Source of the DNA: Wallemia ichthyophaga EXF-994
Taxonomy: Eukaryota > Fungi > Basidiomycota
Direction: 5' to 3'
Assembly (NCBI RefSeq): GCF_000400465.1
Contig: NW_008806281.1
Coordinates: forward strand, 20,001-268,000
Length of the DNA stretch: 248,000 nucleotides
Translations under genes and position numbers: made by a program
Shown here: positions 235,911 through 248,000 of the stretch, in pieces
Position numbering within the stretch: the stretch's first letter is position 1
Layout: each line of letters opens with the position of its first letter
The notes under the pieces: generated by a model
What the model was told of the DNA's origin: nothing
Database searches by the model: none
What the model saw: only the letters and a program-made list of their open reading frames with translations

Positions 235911-236039
235911 GGTTCTGAGATGCTCTCAAGAGCTGAGATTAGAAGTGGCTATAATGATTGTTGCCTAAATTTAGGCTTGACCTTGGCTGTCTGTCAAGGT
236001 GTCATCCAGCATTTAGCTGCTTTAGCGGCGACAGTCTTG

Positions 236040-236845
236040 CGGCGATCGTGTTGGAGTTGAAGATTGTCAAGGCTTTTCTTAAAAGCCGCCGCACCTTCGA
236101 TGCTCGTGTTGAAGCAGGCCGAACCATCGTAGTGAGCTTTCGCCTTCTCTATTTCCTCGTTGCAAAGAGCCGATGACATCTGCCACATGTCAGACATTGC
236201 AATCGAATGACGTGACGTCCTTGACGCGTGTTGAGGAAGTTGAGACGCAAATCCATAAGCATTAAAGCTTCGCCTTGGAGATATATTTTACTGATGCCAA
236301 GGGTGTGGCATCCTCCTTGCGCTGGTTGGGATTGACGAGAAATCCTCACTCGTTCTTAATGGCAGTTTCTGTCTTCTCCTTGTATTTTTAGTGCGTTTTT
236401 GGTCCTTTTGCTGATCTCAGCTACGTCTTCGGCGTAAAACAGCTTCTTATTCTCCTTTTCACGCTCCCTGTTCATCATAGCGAGCATTTCTTCGAATTGA
236501 GCTTTTGAAGTCATTCGTTATAGTGAGCTTAGACAACAAACTGGATTTCCTGCACAATTAACTTTTATTATCTAATTACTTATGGCTGCGCCCTGGTCGC
236601 CATCCGACCCATTTCTCCTCGGTAGCTCCATTTCTTCCCAGAAGTCGAACAAAGGCGTAAACCCGTGTAAAATTGTTGAATATCTACATAATGCATTCAT
236701 ACATGTTTTTCTTCTTGACAAGATATGAACATTTCGTTAAAAAATTTCACCACGCCCATCATAAAATCTGCGCTCGCTCATTTTTTTTCCTCGGTCGATT
236801 TTATTTTTCACCCATCCCGAAATTCATCTCAGGATTTCGCTGAAT
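236040..236845 (-). repeat. Dispersed repeat X, copy 2
   Basis: Inverted homolog of 68070-68836. Confidence 0.92.
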
Positions 236846-236882
236846 TCAACTTAGGTTTTTCGTTCTTGACCAAGTTTTCAAA

Positions 236883-237683
236883 ATGGCTGACCGTGGTAAG
236901 TACAAGGGAATTTATAGGCGCCAACACAGCTCACATATTATAGGCAGAGGATTCGGTAGAGGCAGAGGTCGTGGACCACGCCGTGGCAGACAAACCAAAG
237001 ACGAGAGCAAGGAGTGGGTTCCAGTAACCAAGCTTGGCCGTCTTGTGAAGGCAGGCAAGGTCAAGTCAATGGAGGAGATCTACTTGTTCTCAATTCCTGT
237101 CAAGGAGTACCAAATTGTCGACTTCTTCTTGCCAAAGCTCAAGGATGAAGTTATGAAGATTTCTCCAGTTCAGAAGCAAACTAGAGCTGGTCAACGTACA
237201 CGCTTCAAGGCTTTCGTTGCAATTGGTGACTCTGATGGCCACGTTGGTCTCGGTGTCAAGTGCGCAAAGGAAGTTGCAACCGCTATCCGTGGTGCAATGA
237301 TCGCAGCAAAGCTTGCGACTATTCCAGTCAGACGTGGCTACTGGGGTAACGCTCTTGCTGAACCACACACAGTCCCTTGCAAGGTTTCTGGTAAGTGTGG
237401 TTCCGTCATGGCTAGGTTGGTTCCTGCTCCAAGAGGTACCGGTATCGTCGCTGCTCCTGCTTCAAAGAGGATGTTGCAATTAGCTGGTATTCAAGACTGT
237501 TACACTCAAACCAAGGGTAACACTTCAACCATGGGTAACTTTATCAAGGCCACCTTCCAAGCTATCTCTGGTACTTACGCTTTCCTCACTCCAAACCTCT
237601 GGCGTGATATTGCTCCACCACAGCATCCATTTGAAGAGCACTCAGCTCACCTTCAACTCGCACAAAAGCGTTCAGCTTACTAA
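236883..237683 (+). CDS. RPS2: 40S ribosomal protein uS5
   Basis: [12 protein letters not shown]; [12 protein letters not shown]. Confidence 0.98.
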   Translation: MADRGKYKGIYRRQHSSHIIGRGFGRGRGRGPRRGRQTKDESKEWVPVTKLGRLVKAGKVKSMEEIYLFSIPVKEYQIVDFFLPKLKDEVMKISPVQKQTRAGQRTRFKAFVAIGDSDGHVGLGVKCAKEVATAIRGAMIAAKLATIPVRRGYWGNALAEPHTVPCKVSGKCGSVMARLVPAPRGTGIVAAPASKRMLQLAGIQDCYTQTKGNTSTMGNFIKATFQAISGTYAFLTPNLWRDIAPPQHPFEEHSAHLQLAQKRSAY

Positions 237684-237778
237684 GTCTAAGTGCTTATCTT
237701 TTGTAAGAGTTTGATTGTTCTTGAAATTTGTACGATTAGATTTGGTTGTGCTTGATTTGGGAGTGTACTTCATACCAT

Positions 237779-239228
237779 CATGTCTGATCAACTTACACCG
237801 CTAGCTATAGCATTCTCTGGTGCATTAGGCGCTGTTGTTAGCAGTTAGTTGAGATTTCTTGTCGATGATAGCTTCTAATTGTTCAAAGACGGCATTGTTT
237901 ACCCACTTGACACACTCAAAACACGCATACAAGCTAAAGACGCTAGCGACGAAACTGAAGACAGCGAAAGCAGCGATAACACCAAATATCAAGTCACAGA
238001 CATTTCAAATGATCTAGCACACATCCCTAAGAATACTCTTATCAACGGTATCATAAAGCTGTTCAAACAAGAAGGCATAGCAGCTGCGTATGGTGGTTTT
238101 GGTGCAAGTATGCTCAACACATTCTCACAGCGTGGGTTTCATTGGCTGTTTATGTATTATTCTCATGAAACCCCCAGAATTCGCATACTTTGTACGCACA
238201 CCGCTTATTGAACTCCACCTTCTAACCGGTCGCTACAAAAGTATTGGTATGGCGCAGTGAGAACGGCGTGGATCAAGTCATCCAAAAACAACGGCAATCT
238301 ATCCACAGTTGTTGAGTTACTCATGTGAGTTGAGTGTGTTTGTTTGGTATGATGATGTCATGACTCACACACATACACACTCAGCGGTGCAATAGCCGGC
238401 GATCTCGCACAGGTATTCACTATACCTGTCAATGTCATAGCCACAAGACAGCAGATCGGCGTGCAAGACGGCAACACCAACGCTACCTTCTTCTCCGTAG
238501 CTAAGCAGATAATCACAGACGACGGTCTTACTGGGCTGTGGAGGGGCTTACAGCCATCGCTGGTTCTTTCAGGTGGGATCCTTTCTTGTTATGCGAGCTC
238601 ATTCTTACGTTTTTTACGCTTTTCTCGCTCTCAGTCAATCCCGCTATCACTTACGGCGCTTACGAGAAACTTAAAACTGCCGCTCTGTCGAGACATCTCA
238701 GCCGCAGCGACGGGAGGATGAGTCCATGGGCCAATTTTTTCCTCGGGGCTATGTCCAAGACAGCAGCGACTATCGTGGGTAGAGGTTGTTTGTGCTGAAC
238801 TGGTCTGATGATACACATACAGGTCACATACCCTTATGTTAGTCTGCATTTGCGCTGATATACATATGTCACTGTCTCTAACAAGCACCCAGATCATGGC
238901 GAAAGTTAGAGTCATGGCTGGTACCCCGGTTACTTGGCGTAGCTCAAGAACCATTGAGCAGGACAAGAAGGAGTTGAAGAAGAATACAGGCGCACTTAAG
239001 CTCCTCATGCACATTTACAAGAAGAGGGGTATTGCTGGGTGGTACCAGGTGGGTCACTCTAGCAGCTCACTAGCACACTTTCTAATACTTGTCTCTTTCC
239101 TGCAGGGCATGCACGCTCAAATTGTCAAGGCCGTTCTCCAACAAGCTCTCTTGTTCGTCTTGAGAGACATATTTGAAAAGTACACCCTTTTCGGCGTGCT
239201 TATCTTGCGCTCTCTCCGTTCAGCTTGA
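237779..239228 (+). CDS. ANT1: Peroxisomal adenine nucleotide carrier
   Basis: YPLDTLKTR; PVNVIATRQQ; LWRGL. Confidence 0.85.
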
Positions 239229-239322
239229 TGGGGTGGTGGGTTGTGTAGTATGAAATATGTGGTATTTGGCTTGTAGCTGTTGTCTTTGATACATGTATGT
239301 ATCTAAATATGAGTGGATTCTT

Positions 239323-240320
239323 TTACAGATTGACAATATCAACAATCACAGCATGCAGATTGTAATCCTTATCCTTATCATTCACATAATGACCACCGAC
239401 TGGACTGTTAGCTGCATTGACATGAATAGTGTAGTCACCGTTGTCGTAATGAACGACTTGAAATCCTCTGCTTTCGTGTATATGTCCAAAGACATGTAGT
239501 TTTGGTCTCAGACGCGGCAGTGCGTCTGTCAATTCGATGCAGCCGACGTGTAAATTGGATTGGGTTTTATCGAGGATGTTTCGAGGAGGACCGTGGGTGA
239601 TTCTGAGAAGGTGTTAGCTGAGAGTGCAGGAGTATGTGCTCTCCACTCAACAAAACATCGGTAGGTTCAAAGCTGCTGACTGTTTCTAATATTGTGTTAG
239701 TTTTGGGTGGATTGAGTGGAATCAAGCTATCACAACCCACGTAATGCTTTCATAGCTGTCTGCAACGAGGTTATTTTCAAGCAATATGAGTGAGACACAC
239801 TTACATGCTTCGTTGGTCGACGGGAGGGGTATAGAGGAGAACCAAGAATCTTCCATGTCTTTCTATCTATGCCTATTTCTCTGGTGTTATTTTGGAGGTA
239901 GTAAACACCATTAGTGACACCTTGAATTCCACATAGGAAGTGTATAGCGTCGGGGTCGCTGTGAGATAGATTCCAACTGCCATTTGTATATGGATATCCC
240001 TCTCTCAGTAACATTATATCGTGATTTCCAGCTATAATGACTTTTGAAGGGCAGGAAGATGATGCAAGCCAATTTGCAGTTACTCCATATTCAATGTTGG
240101 ACAGAGTAGACAAATCACCTGCGTGTATGAGAATTTCACCGTATGGAATATCGAATGTACGATTGTGAGTGTCCTGTGTGTGTTTAGGAGGGCTATTTGA
240201 TAGTGCTGGCTACGCACAGATATCAGAATGAAACGCGTTGAGTTTGGCAATTTATTTGGAGGTGCAGCAAGATCATATTCAAAGTAGATGGCGAATTCAT
240301 CTTGAACCAGATTCATGTAC
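239323..240320 (-). CDS. MPPED1-like metallophosphoesterase
   Basis: DTH; IHAGD; GNHD; FGHIHE. Confidence 0.85.
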
Positions 240321-240386
240321 ACGTCTATAGCCTCTGTGAATAGCCACCTCCCTGCCTCTCAACCACCAAATATAAATATTATTTAA

Positions 240387-241292
240387 AATGTCTAGTATCG
240401 GCACTGGATATGATTTATCTGCATCCACGTATTCCCCAGATGGCAGAATATTCCAAGTCGGTCGCCTCTTACGCCAGAAACAGCACACGCTGACGTTTGC
240501 ATGCATTTTAGATTGAATACGCAAACAAGGCTGTGGAGAATGCTGGGTGGGTATAGATTGGCTTATGTACGCTATCTCACTCCTTCCAGCACTGTAATTG
240601 GGATTAGAACTAAAGACGGCGTCATCCTCGCTGCACAGAAGCTGTTAGATTCCAAATTGCTCGTTTCTGGCACAGCCAAGCGTATACTGACTGCTGATAT
240701 GCATATCGGTATGGTAAGTGTGGTTTCCTGTTCACGATTCCCTCTTCTCAACTCGCTCCACTCCCAGGCCTCTGCCGGTTTGCGTGCGGATGGAAAGCAC
240801 CTTCAGACAAGGGCGAGAGAGGAGTGCAAGAACTACCGCGACAACTACATGTCGCCTATCCCCCTCAAACACCTCTCTGACAGACTCGGCTCGTATCTCA
240901 ACGCGTACACGCTGTACTCCTCCGTGAGGCCATTCGGGATATCCACAGTCATCTCGTCGTGCGACAAGAACGGTCCACAGCTCTACGCTATTGAGCCATC
241001 TGGTCTCTACTGGGGATACCAAGCTACTGCTATCGGTAAAGGCAAGCAACTCGCTCAGACGGAACTCGAGAAACTTAATTTCGACGAGCTGTCAATGCGT
241101 CAGGCTGTGTTTGAAGCAGCTAGAATTATTCACCTCGTTCATGACCCTACTAAGGACAAGGGATTCGAGTTGGAGATTAGCTGGATCGGTAAAGACTCGC
241201 AGTATAAACACGTTCACGTGCCTGCGCAACTGTATGACGAGGCTAACGAGTTGGGTAAGACACAGGCTGAGTCTGGACGTATGCAGGAGTGA
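240387..241292 (+). CDS. PRE10: 20S proteasome alpha7
   Basis: [15 protein letters not shown]; SSVRPFG. Confidence 0.95.
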
Positions 241293-241366
241293 GTTGGTGT
241301 ATGCAGTATGCAGTTAAGTGTTAAGTGTATTTGATAAAGATGAGCATGATTAGCGCATTACAAGAA

Positions 241367-242150
241367 CTACTTGTTCTCTGGAGTGAATTTCAAGCTGTGC
241401 TCGGTGTTAGGAGTGTTAAATAACTAAGCCAACCTATTTAAACCCACCTAACGGAATTGACACAGTGACGGTCATTCACCTTGTCACCAGCTAGATTCTT
241501 ATATCCCTCGCCTTCAAAGATGTGTCCAAGATGACCGTCGCAGTTGGAGCATGTTATTTCGATCCTCTTCATCCCGAATGAGTTATCGACGTGACGGTTG
241601 ATTTTCCCGGGGAGGGCTGTGAAATAAGCAGGCCAGCCGCCTAAAGGGGTGTGAGTGTGATAACCGGTGTGATTACGAATGCTTACAATGGCTAACCATT
241701 TTGTGGCTATTGTTTGGTTAAATTTTCATAGGTGGTGTCTCAAAGAAAAACGCACTCAGATGTATAAAGTGGAGTGTCGCAACCAGCGCAATTGTACACG
241801 CCTTTGTCGAAATGCTCGTCGTATTCACCTAAGTCGGTGTGTCAACTATGACGTTATTCACCGCCACAGTGGCAAACCTCACCAGTGCCTGCCATTTCGG
241901 TGCCCTTTTGACGTAGAATGCGGAACTGGAGGGCGTTAGAGGTTTGTGTGGGGGATGATATATGAATTGTACCTGCTCTGGAGAAAGCTTTGCTTGCCAT
242001 TCAGCTGTGTATCCAGTGAGTTGTGTTTAGACTGTAGAATGCAAAAGAATGCCCACCTTCTGAAATCATCTTGTGTTTTGCTGCTTGGGTGGTGCTTGTG
242101 ATTCTTCTTGCTAAAGTAGGTCTAGCTGCTAGTGCTCTACGTAGTAGCAT
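241367..242150 (-). CDS. MXR2: Methionine-R-sulfoxide reductase
   Basis: GWPAYF; GHLGHIF; RHCVNS. Confidence 0.88.
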
Positions 242151-242275
242151 TATAAGAAAGAGTAGACATGGCAATATAAATCAGTCTATGTATATTGTAT
242201 ATGTGGATTGTATCGATTGAAAGCATCCTCGACATTCTCAGCATCCTTAACGCCCTCAACACCCTCACAACCCAA

Positions 242276-242968
242276 ATGCCATCTTCCATACTCCTCCTCA
242301 ATCCGAATTCCAGCGAACAAGTCACAGAAGGGCTGCGCAGTCTAGTGGGAAACTGCAGCGATGACGAGTGCAGTATAACGACCCAATCGGCACCGCCCGA
242401 GGCACCAAGGAGCATCTACGACACCGCCAGTGGCGTAAAGAGTGCCATGGAATGTTACAAGCGCAACTACACGCAATACGACGGTGTAATAGTAGGATGC
242501 TATTCGAACCATCCCCTCATACCAATGCTCCGCGAGCGGTACAAGTACAAGCAGATCATCGGTGTCTTAGAGGCTTCTATCACCGCAGCTCTGCTATCTC
242601 CCGCGAGGAAATTCGGCTTTGTCACTACCTCCCCGCACTGGATCGACGAGTTCGGTAGAGCTGTAGGTGAGACCCTCGGCATTGGCGCCAACGCGTCAGA
242701 TCGCTACGTTGGAACCACCTGCAGTGATTTCGATGTCGTAGAATTGCGTACTGCTAAAGAAAGCACCGTCAATGCTAAACTTATTCATTGCGCTCAGGAT
242801 CTCGTACAGCGTGGCGCAAACACTGTTGTTCTCGCTTGCGCAGGTATGGCTGGGAAAAGTGTGTACGTTCAACACCAACTGCGTCAACTCAATAGCCAGC
242901 GCGTAGATGTTATCGATGGGGTGCAAGTGGCCGTTGACCAGATGAAAATGTTGGTTAAAATGTTGTGA
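242276..242968 (+). CDS. Asp/Glu/hydantoin racemase
   Basis: LLNPNSS; VGCYS; LACAGM. Confidence 0.85.
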   Translation: MPSSILLLNPNSSEQVTEGLRSLVGNCSDDECSITTQSAPPEAPRSIYDTASGVKSAMECYKRNYTQYDGVIVGCYSNHPLIPMLRERYKYKQIIGVLEASITAALLSPARKFGFVTTSPHWIDEFGRAVGETLGIGANASDRYVGTTCSDFDVVELRTAKESTVNAKLIHCAQDLVQRGANTVVLACAGMAGKSVYVQHQLRQLNSQRVDVIDGVQVAVDQMKMLVKML

Positions 242969-242989
242969 TGAGATGATTATGCCAAATGT

Positions 242990-243860
242990 CTCAAATATCT
243001 CAAATGTCTCAAATGTAATACATTACAACTGCTCACTGTACACTAAATAAGGCACCACTTGGTCTACTCACCCAACGATAGGTGAGCAATGACTGCGGAG
243101 TTTCATCGACGACAACCTGCGAAGACTCGCGATCCTCCTCATCTTTATCCTCCTCCTTCTTTCCTCGACGTTTAGAAGCGGTTTTGGTGAGCAATCTGTT
243201 GATAGTCTCCACCTTCTCATTCTCTAGACGCTGATCAGATTGGTGTTTACGCCTGCGCAGCAACTCAGCCTTTTTCAACGCCTGTTCTTCTTCTGTGAGC
243301 GTAGTCTTATGCTGTCTGCCTATATCAAGTGACATGAGCTCTGGTGTGTCGCTGGTGCCGTCGTCATTGGGTTGTTTGAGTGCAGCACGCTGTCTCGCAG
243401 TGAGACGTTGTTCATCTTTATCATTGTCTTTCCGCGTGTCTGCGTCATCGAGGTCATCCAACTCATCTTGATCGAGGTCATCCTCACCTTCACCCTCACC
243501 CTCACCACTGCTTATCTCGTCAATTTCCTCCTCACGCGATTTTTCGCGCGGTTTCTGCTGAGTTGCACGGGCGGAAGTGCGGGCAGAAGAGCGTGCACCG
243601 CGTGGTCTAGCAGCAGCACTCGAGTTGGATTTCTTATTAGTGGAACCAGGTGGGCGACCTCTGCGAGCCTTTGGCTTGGAGGTTTGAGACGGTGTGTCGT
243701 CGTCGTCGTTGTCGTCGTTGTCGTCATCCTCGTCGTCGTCGTTGTGTATATCGTCGTCATCGTCGACCATGTCCACATCATCTTGAGAATAATCCTCCAT
243801 GTTATCGTGTCCATCCTCCGAGGCTAACTCGTCTACCTCATCATCCTCACTCTCGACGAT
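242990..243860 (-). CDS. IES2: INO80 subunit Ies2 (PAPA-1)
   Basis: LTARQRA; RRRKHQSDQRLENEKVETINRLL. Confidence 0.85.
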
Positions 243861-243943
243861 GGCTTGTAATAAATTTAATTTAATTTCCAGTTAAAATCCA
243901 ACTAAGACGCACTCTTTGGCATTTTATTTTTATTTATCTTTAT

Positions 243944-245697
243944 TTATTTTACCTGTTGGCTGTTGGATTCAAACCTCCCAAGCGTCACCTCCTCCCAGAT
244001 TTCTCTGCAGTTGACGACTGATCCGAGTCTTGAACAAAGAAGAAAAGCCCCCGAAAGCTTCCGATTGAGGCTGTAAGTTTCCTTAGGCGGTGGTGTAAGA
244101 CGATGTTGGAGCATGATCGGTATCTGTGCCTTGACGCGTTCCGTGATGGTTTGATTCAAGAAGCTGTAAGGTTCTGCCTGTCTGAACGGCTCACCCAGAG
244201 CCAACATGGATGCGATATGTGCGTTGATCATTTCCTCGCTCTCGTCGCCCGTCAGATATCCCAACTGCAGCGAAGTCCTCACGCACTCCTCTCTATCGCC
244301 ATTCCCTGCTGCCAGTAACAAACGTCCAAACGCACCGACGAAATCCTCCGTATACGCTCTTGACGCGCCGAAGTCGATAAGGTTAATCCTTCCACACTCC
244401 CCATCCCACAGGAAGTTACTCCAGTTAGGATCTGTCTGCATCAGTCTGAATTGGAATATTTCGCTAATGCAAAGGCGCATAATGGCTGATCCAATCTGTG
244501 TGGCGGGTGAGCAGTGTACACAGCACACTCGCTATACCTTTCACCCACCTTGTCTTTCGTTGGCTGGTCGTATGTGTACGCCCTCGACAGCGACTCTCCC
244601 GGCATGAATTGTGTGGTGAGTATGTTGGGTGTGCACAAGTCTTTTACCACCACGGGGCAGCTGAAGACGGGGTCATTATGCAGATACTCCCCAAACCGCT
244701 CTCCACATTCAGCTTCGCGGAGGTAGTCGCATTCATCAGCCAGCTCAGTGCGCATCTGACGAATAGTGTTATCGAGGAACAATCCACGCGGGAGGATGCC
244801 GCTGGCCGCGACGAGCAGTTTAAGGTTGTTCAGATCCGAGCTAATGCTCTCTTTAACGCCTGGGAACTGGATTTTGAGGGCGACGTGCATGCGTGGGTGT
244901 GTGGGGTGGTGTGCGCTGAGTGTCGCCGTGTGCACCTGCCCAATACTCGCAGCAGCCACAGGCACCTTGTCGAAATGCTCGAAATGGCTGATCCAGTCAG
245001 CACCGTACTCGGCGGCGAGCACTCTCTCTAGCTGCCAGTTGGGCATGTAGTCGGCCTTATTCTGTAGCCGCGTCAACGCCGTTTCTATCTCGGGTGGCAG
245101 CAGGTGGCTGTCCTGGATCGAGAGGAATTGTCCGAGTTTGAGGGCTGCGCCGCGCATTACTGACAGCTTGGCCACTAGTCGGTCGACGTTGGCTGGGGAG
245201 AGCAAGGCGGAATGTTGGGTATTGCCGCCGCGGAGTACTTGACTCGCTGTGCCGTACGTAAGCCCCGCTGCTAAGCCTCCGTAGTGGAATAGCCTGCCTA
245301 AGCGCGAAGACGGTACCTTTGTGTAGCGTGGAGAGTGTGAGGGTGGTTGAGAGGGTGGCACTGCGAGAGGCTGTGTGGGTGTATGCGATATCCCCGATGT
245401 CTCGTGTATGCCGTGCGGCTGTAAAGTAGTTTGAGACATTGTGGTGGATGGCTGTGAGTCTGGTTGTTTGGGAGAATGAGTTCTTGAGAGTGATTGGCTG
245501 GGATTGCTAGAATGATTTCGATCCATGTGTGCATTCTGTGTGTCACTGCCACTGCCACCACCACCACCACCACCACCACCACTATCGCGTGCGTAAGCAT
245601 ATAAATCCTCCAAAGACTCAAATTGCTGTGTATTTCGTGGCAAAGGGGTATAAATCCGCTTCAAAGAGTTCAAAATTTTAAAATAATTGGAAAGCAT
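243944..245697 (-). CDS. COQ8: ABC1/UbiB atypical kinase
   Basis: RGAALKLGQ; AAASIGQVH; QTDPNWSN; DFGA. Confidence 0.93.
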
Positions 245698-245723
245698 GTC
245701 GTGGTGGTTCCGAGTAGACAACC

Positions 245724-246150
245724 ATGGTCAACGTAAAGAGCTGGAAGGAGTACCAGAAGCGGAGTATTGAGCTGTTCAGCGACAATCCAAAGAAGGTGGA
245801 GCGCTGTGCTTTGTACCAGTCACCACACTAACCACCCACAGTACCGATACTGCGTTAAATGGCGAGCAGCCAAGAAGGATCTGGTCGTCAAGTCCACCAA
245901 CGACCACCTCTGCCTCAAGTACAAAACCCAGTCGGCGTCTATTCTCAATAGATTCCTCTCTTTCAATCGCAAGCTCGGCTTCCTTATGTCTGACACGGAG
246001 GATTTCCAGATTCAGCAGCCAGAATCACAACCACAATCACAACCTCAATCTCAATCTCAGTCACAGTCGCGACCACCACAATTACACCCACACTCTCCCT
246101 CAGACTCCCCCTCGACAAAAAATAAGAAGAAAAACAAGAAGAAAAAGTAG
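245724..246150 (+). CDS. SRP9: Signal recognition particle SRP9
   Basis: RYCVKWR..LKSTNDHLCLKYKT. Confidence 0.8.
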
Positions 246151-246200
246151 CTTTGCTTGTATTTTACTTGACATCCCAGATTTCACTTGATATCCCCTTC

Positions 246201-247740
246201 TCACTGACTCAGCGGCAACGACACCGGCTTCTTGGGCGGGCTCTTGACCGTCTTGGGTGCCCCACTCTCCATAATCACCTTGAGCATCTCCTTGTTCATC
246301 CGAGCTGCCTCCTCGAAACGTGGCTCCAAGAAACGTGCCGTCGACTCAAACTTGTCCTTGTAGTGACTAAACGAGCCATGTTCGATAACCTCGGACCATC
246401 CTCGAGTTGCAACCACGAATTCTGTATCGTCCGAGCGATGGCTAATGTCAAAAGACGCCGACTCGAGCGCCGTATTCAGTCTATCGGGCGACCTAAAGAG
246501 GTACTCAGCCACACCGATCCACATCCTAAACAGGGGTGTTCCTGCGACGTCTAGATGATCAAAGGGATGAATACCCAGTCTGTTCCAGCAATCCACCATA
246601 GCAAGAATTGTGAGATGTGAGTTGCGTGCCGAGCAGTGCTGACTGGAGGGCTGATGGAGTGAGAAGCGATCGAGCAGGCTCTCACTAAGCAGAATAGGTG
246701 TGCGCTCACTCTTGCTTCCGTTCGTCCCTGGCTCCACTCCATCTTTATACCCAAACACCCGCCTACGAGCGTCGAGAGCGCGCTCCTTCAAACCATGGTA
246801 ATCCCCCGCAATCATCAACTTGAATAGCTCAGTCGCGGATGCAGCAAACTGCCGCACTTGCGCATGTGCACTTGGATTGAGAATAGCCAACCCCGCATAC
246901 ACATGCCACTTATTCGCATATATCCGCAGAGCTATGTTGCACTTGACGACTTCTATCCCGTTCACATAACGGTCTAGCTCCCACGGATAGCTCTGAGACA
247001 TGTTCCACGCTGTGCCCATGCTGAGGAAAGCGGCGTGGGTGACTGCCTGGGTGTTGGCAGTAACTATGTCATGCTCCTCGTACGTCAGATACACATAGCG
247101 GCTGCGAAAGCAGCTGAAGACATCCTCCGCCTTGCGCAGTACCCAGTCTGGAGAAGTGTGTTGGATGAGTACCTGGTGCGTTTGTGAGACATTGCACAAA
247201 GTGCAAAATGAAAATTGAAAAAACTCAAACCCACCAACGGCTGCCCCTCAGGACTCACGGTGGGGCCATGAAGAGAGTGGATGGATACTACATGCACATC
247301 GTGTGGAAGATGCCTCTCGAACGCAGCCCGTTCAGGTGCCTTTACTGAGGTCTGAGCCGACACTATGGCACCCACTTTCGTAGACGCGCCATACTCCCCA
247401 ACTACCCTATCTATGAACTCCGCCTCTACTGAATAGATGACGAAATCTGCCTTGCGTGATACTAGATGACCGTTTTTGACTACATGTACGGGTGTGTCGC
247501 GGTAGTAAGCAAATAGGCTGTCGTAGTTCTCAGGTCTATCGCAGACGATGCAGCTGTGCGTGTGTGTATCAGCGTAAGCTCTATGTAATAAACTCGATGA
247601 CGTAATTGTGACTGTAATTGCACTGTAGCTGCCACAACCTACGCAACCACCCACTCACCTCCAACCAGACTTGTAGAAATTGTTCGCATACATCTTCCCC
247701 ATATCCCCCATACCGATTATTCCAATTATAAATTCATTTT
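246201..247740 (-). CDS. TYR1: Prephenate dehydrogenase (NADP+)
   Basis: IGIIGMGDMG; HSLHGP; HDIVTANTQAVTH. Confidence 0.93.
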
Positions 247741-247789
247741 CAACTCCCATCGTCGTCGTCGTTCTGCTTATAGAAAGTGAAAGTGTAGC

Positions 247790-248000
247790 AATGACCGGTC
247801 GATTGAAATTTAAAAAAAGCAGCAACCAATCGGATTCCGAGATTTTTGACAAGACGAAAGAGAAGTTCAAGAGGCGGTGCACGCGCATAAGTCCTCCGCG
247901 GTATGCATATCTCGACGAGCCTATTAGTCCGCCGAGAAAGACACGCAGACGGCGTTGGAATGGCGATGATGCTGACGCAGAAGAGGAAGAATTCAACGCC
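247790..248000 (+). CDS. Start of a K/R-rich gene (runs off window end)
   Basis: ATG 247790, open to the end. Confidence 0.4.

Overview
Eukaryotic nuclear DNA from a very compact, intron-containing fungal genome. Gene content, short GT-AG introns and tiny intergenic spacers suggest a Wallemia-like basidiomycete; this is an inference, not a database match. The window holds about 125 mostly single-copy housekeeping genes and 7 tRNA genes, with no rRNA or CRISPR. Coordinates of spliced genes are approximate. Highlights: (1) an HMT1/ATM1-type ABC half-transporter expanded to about 3,300 aa by four degenerate nucleotide-binding domains, about 35 copies of a His-containing 27-aa repeat and a metallothionein-like Cys cluster; (2) two families of 5'-truncated non-LTR retroelement pieces found only a short distance upstream of tRNA genes and always in divergent orientation, three of them with clear target-site duplications; (3) a full-length but broken Argonaute; (4) a ~770-bp dispersed cassette abutting the start codons of both tropomyosin and RPS2, each copy flanked by decayed gene fragments; (5) a 342-bp tandem duplication that creates a chimeric ORF.
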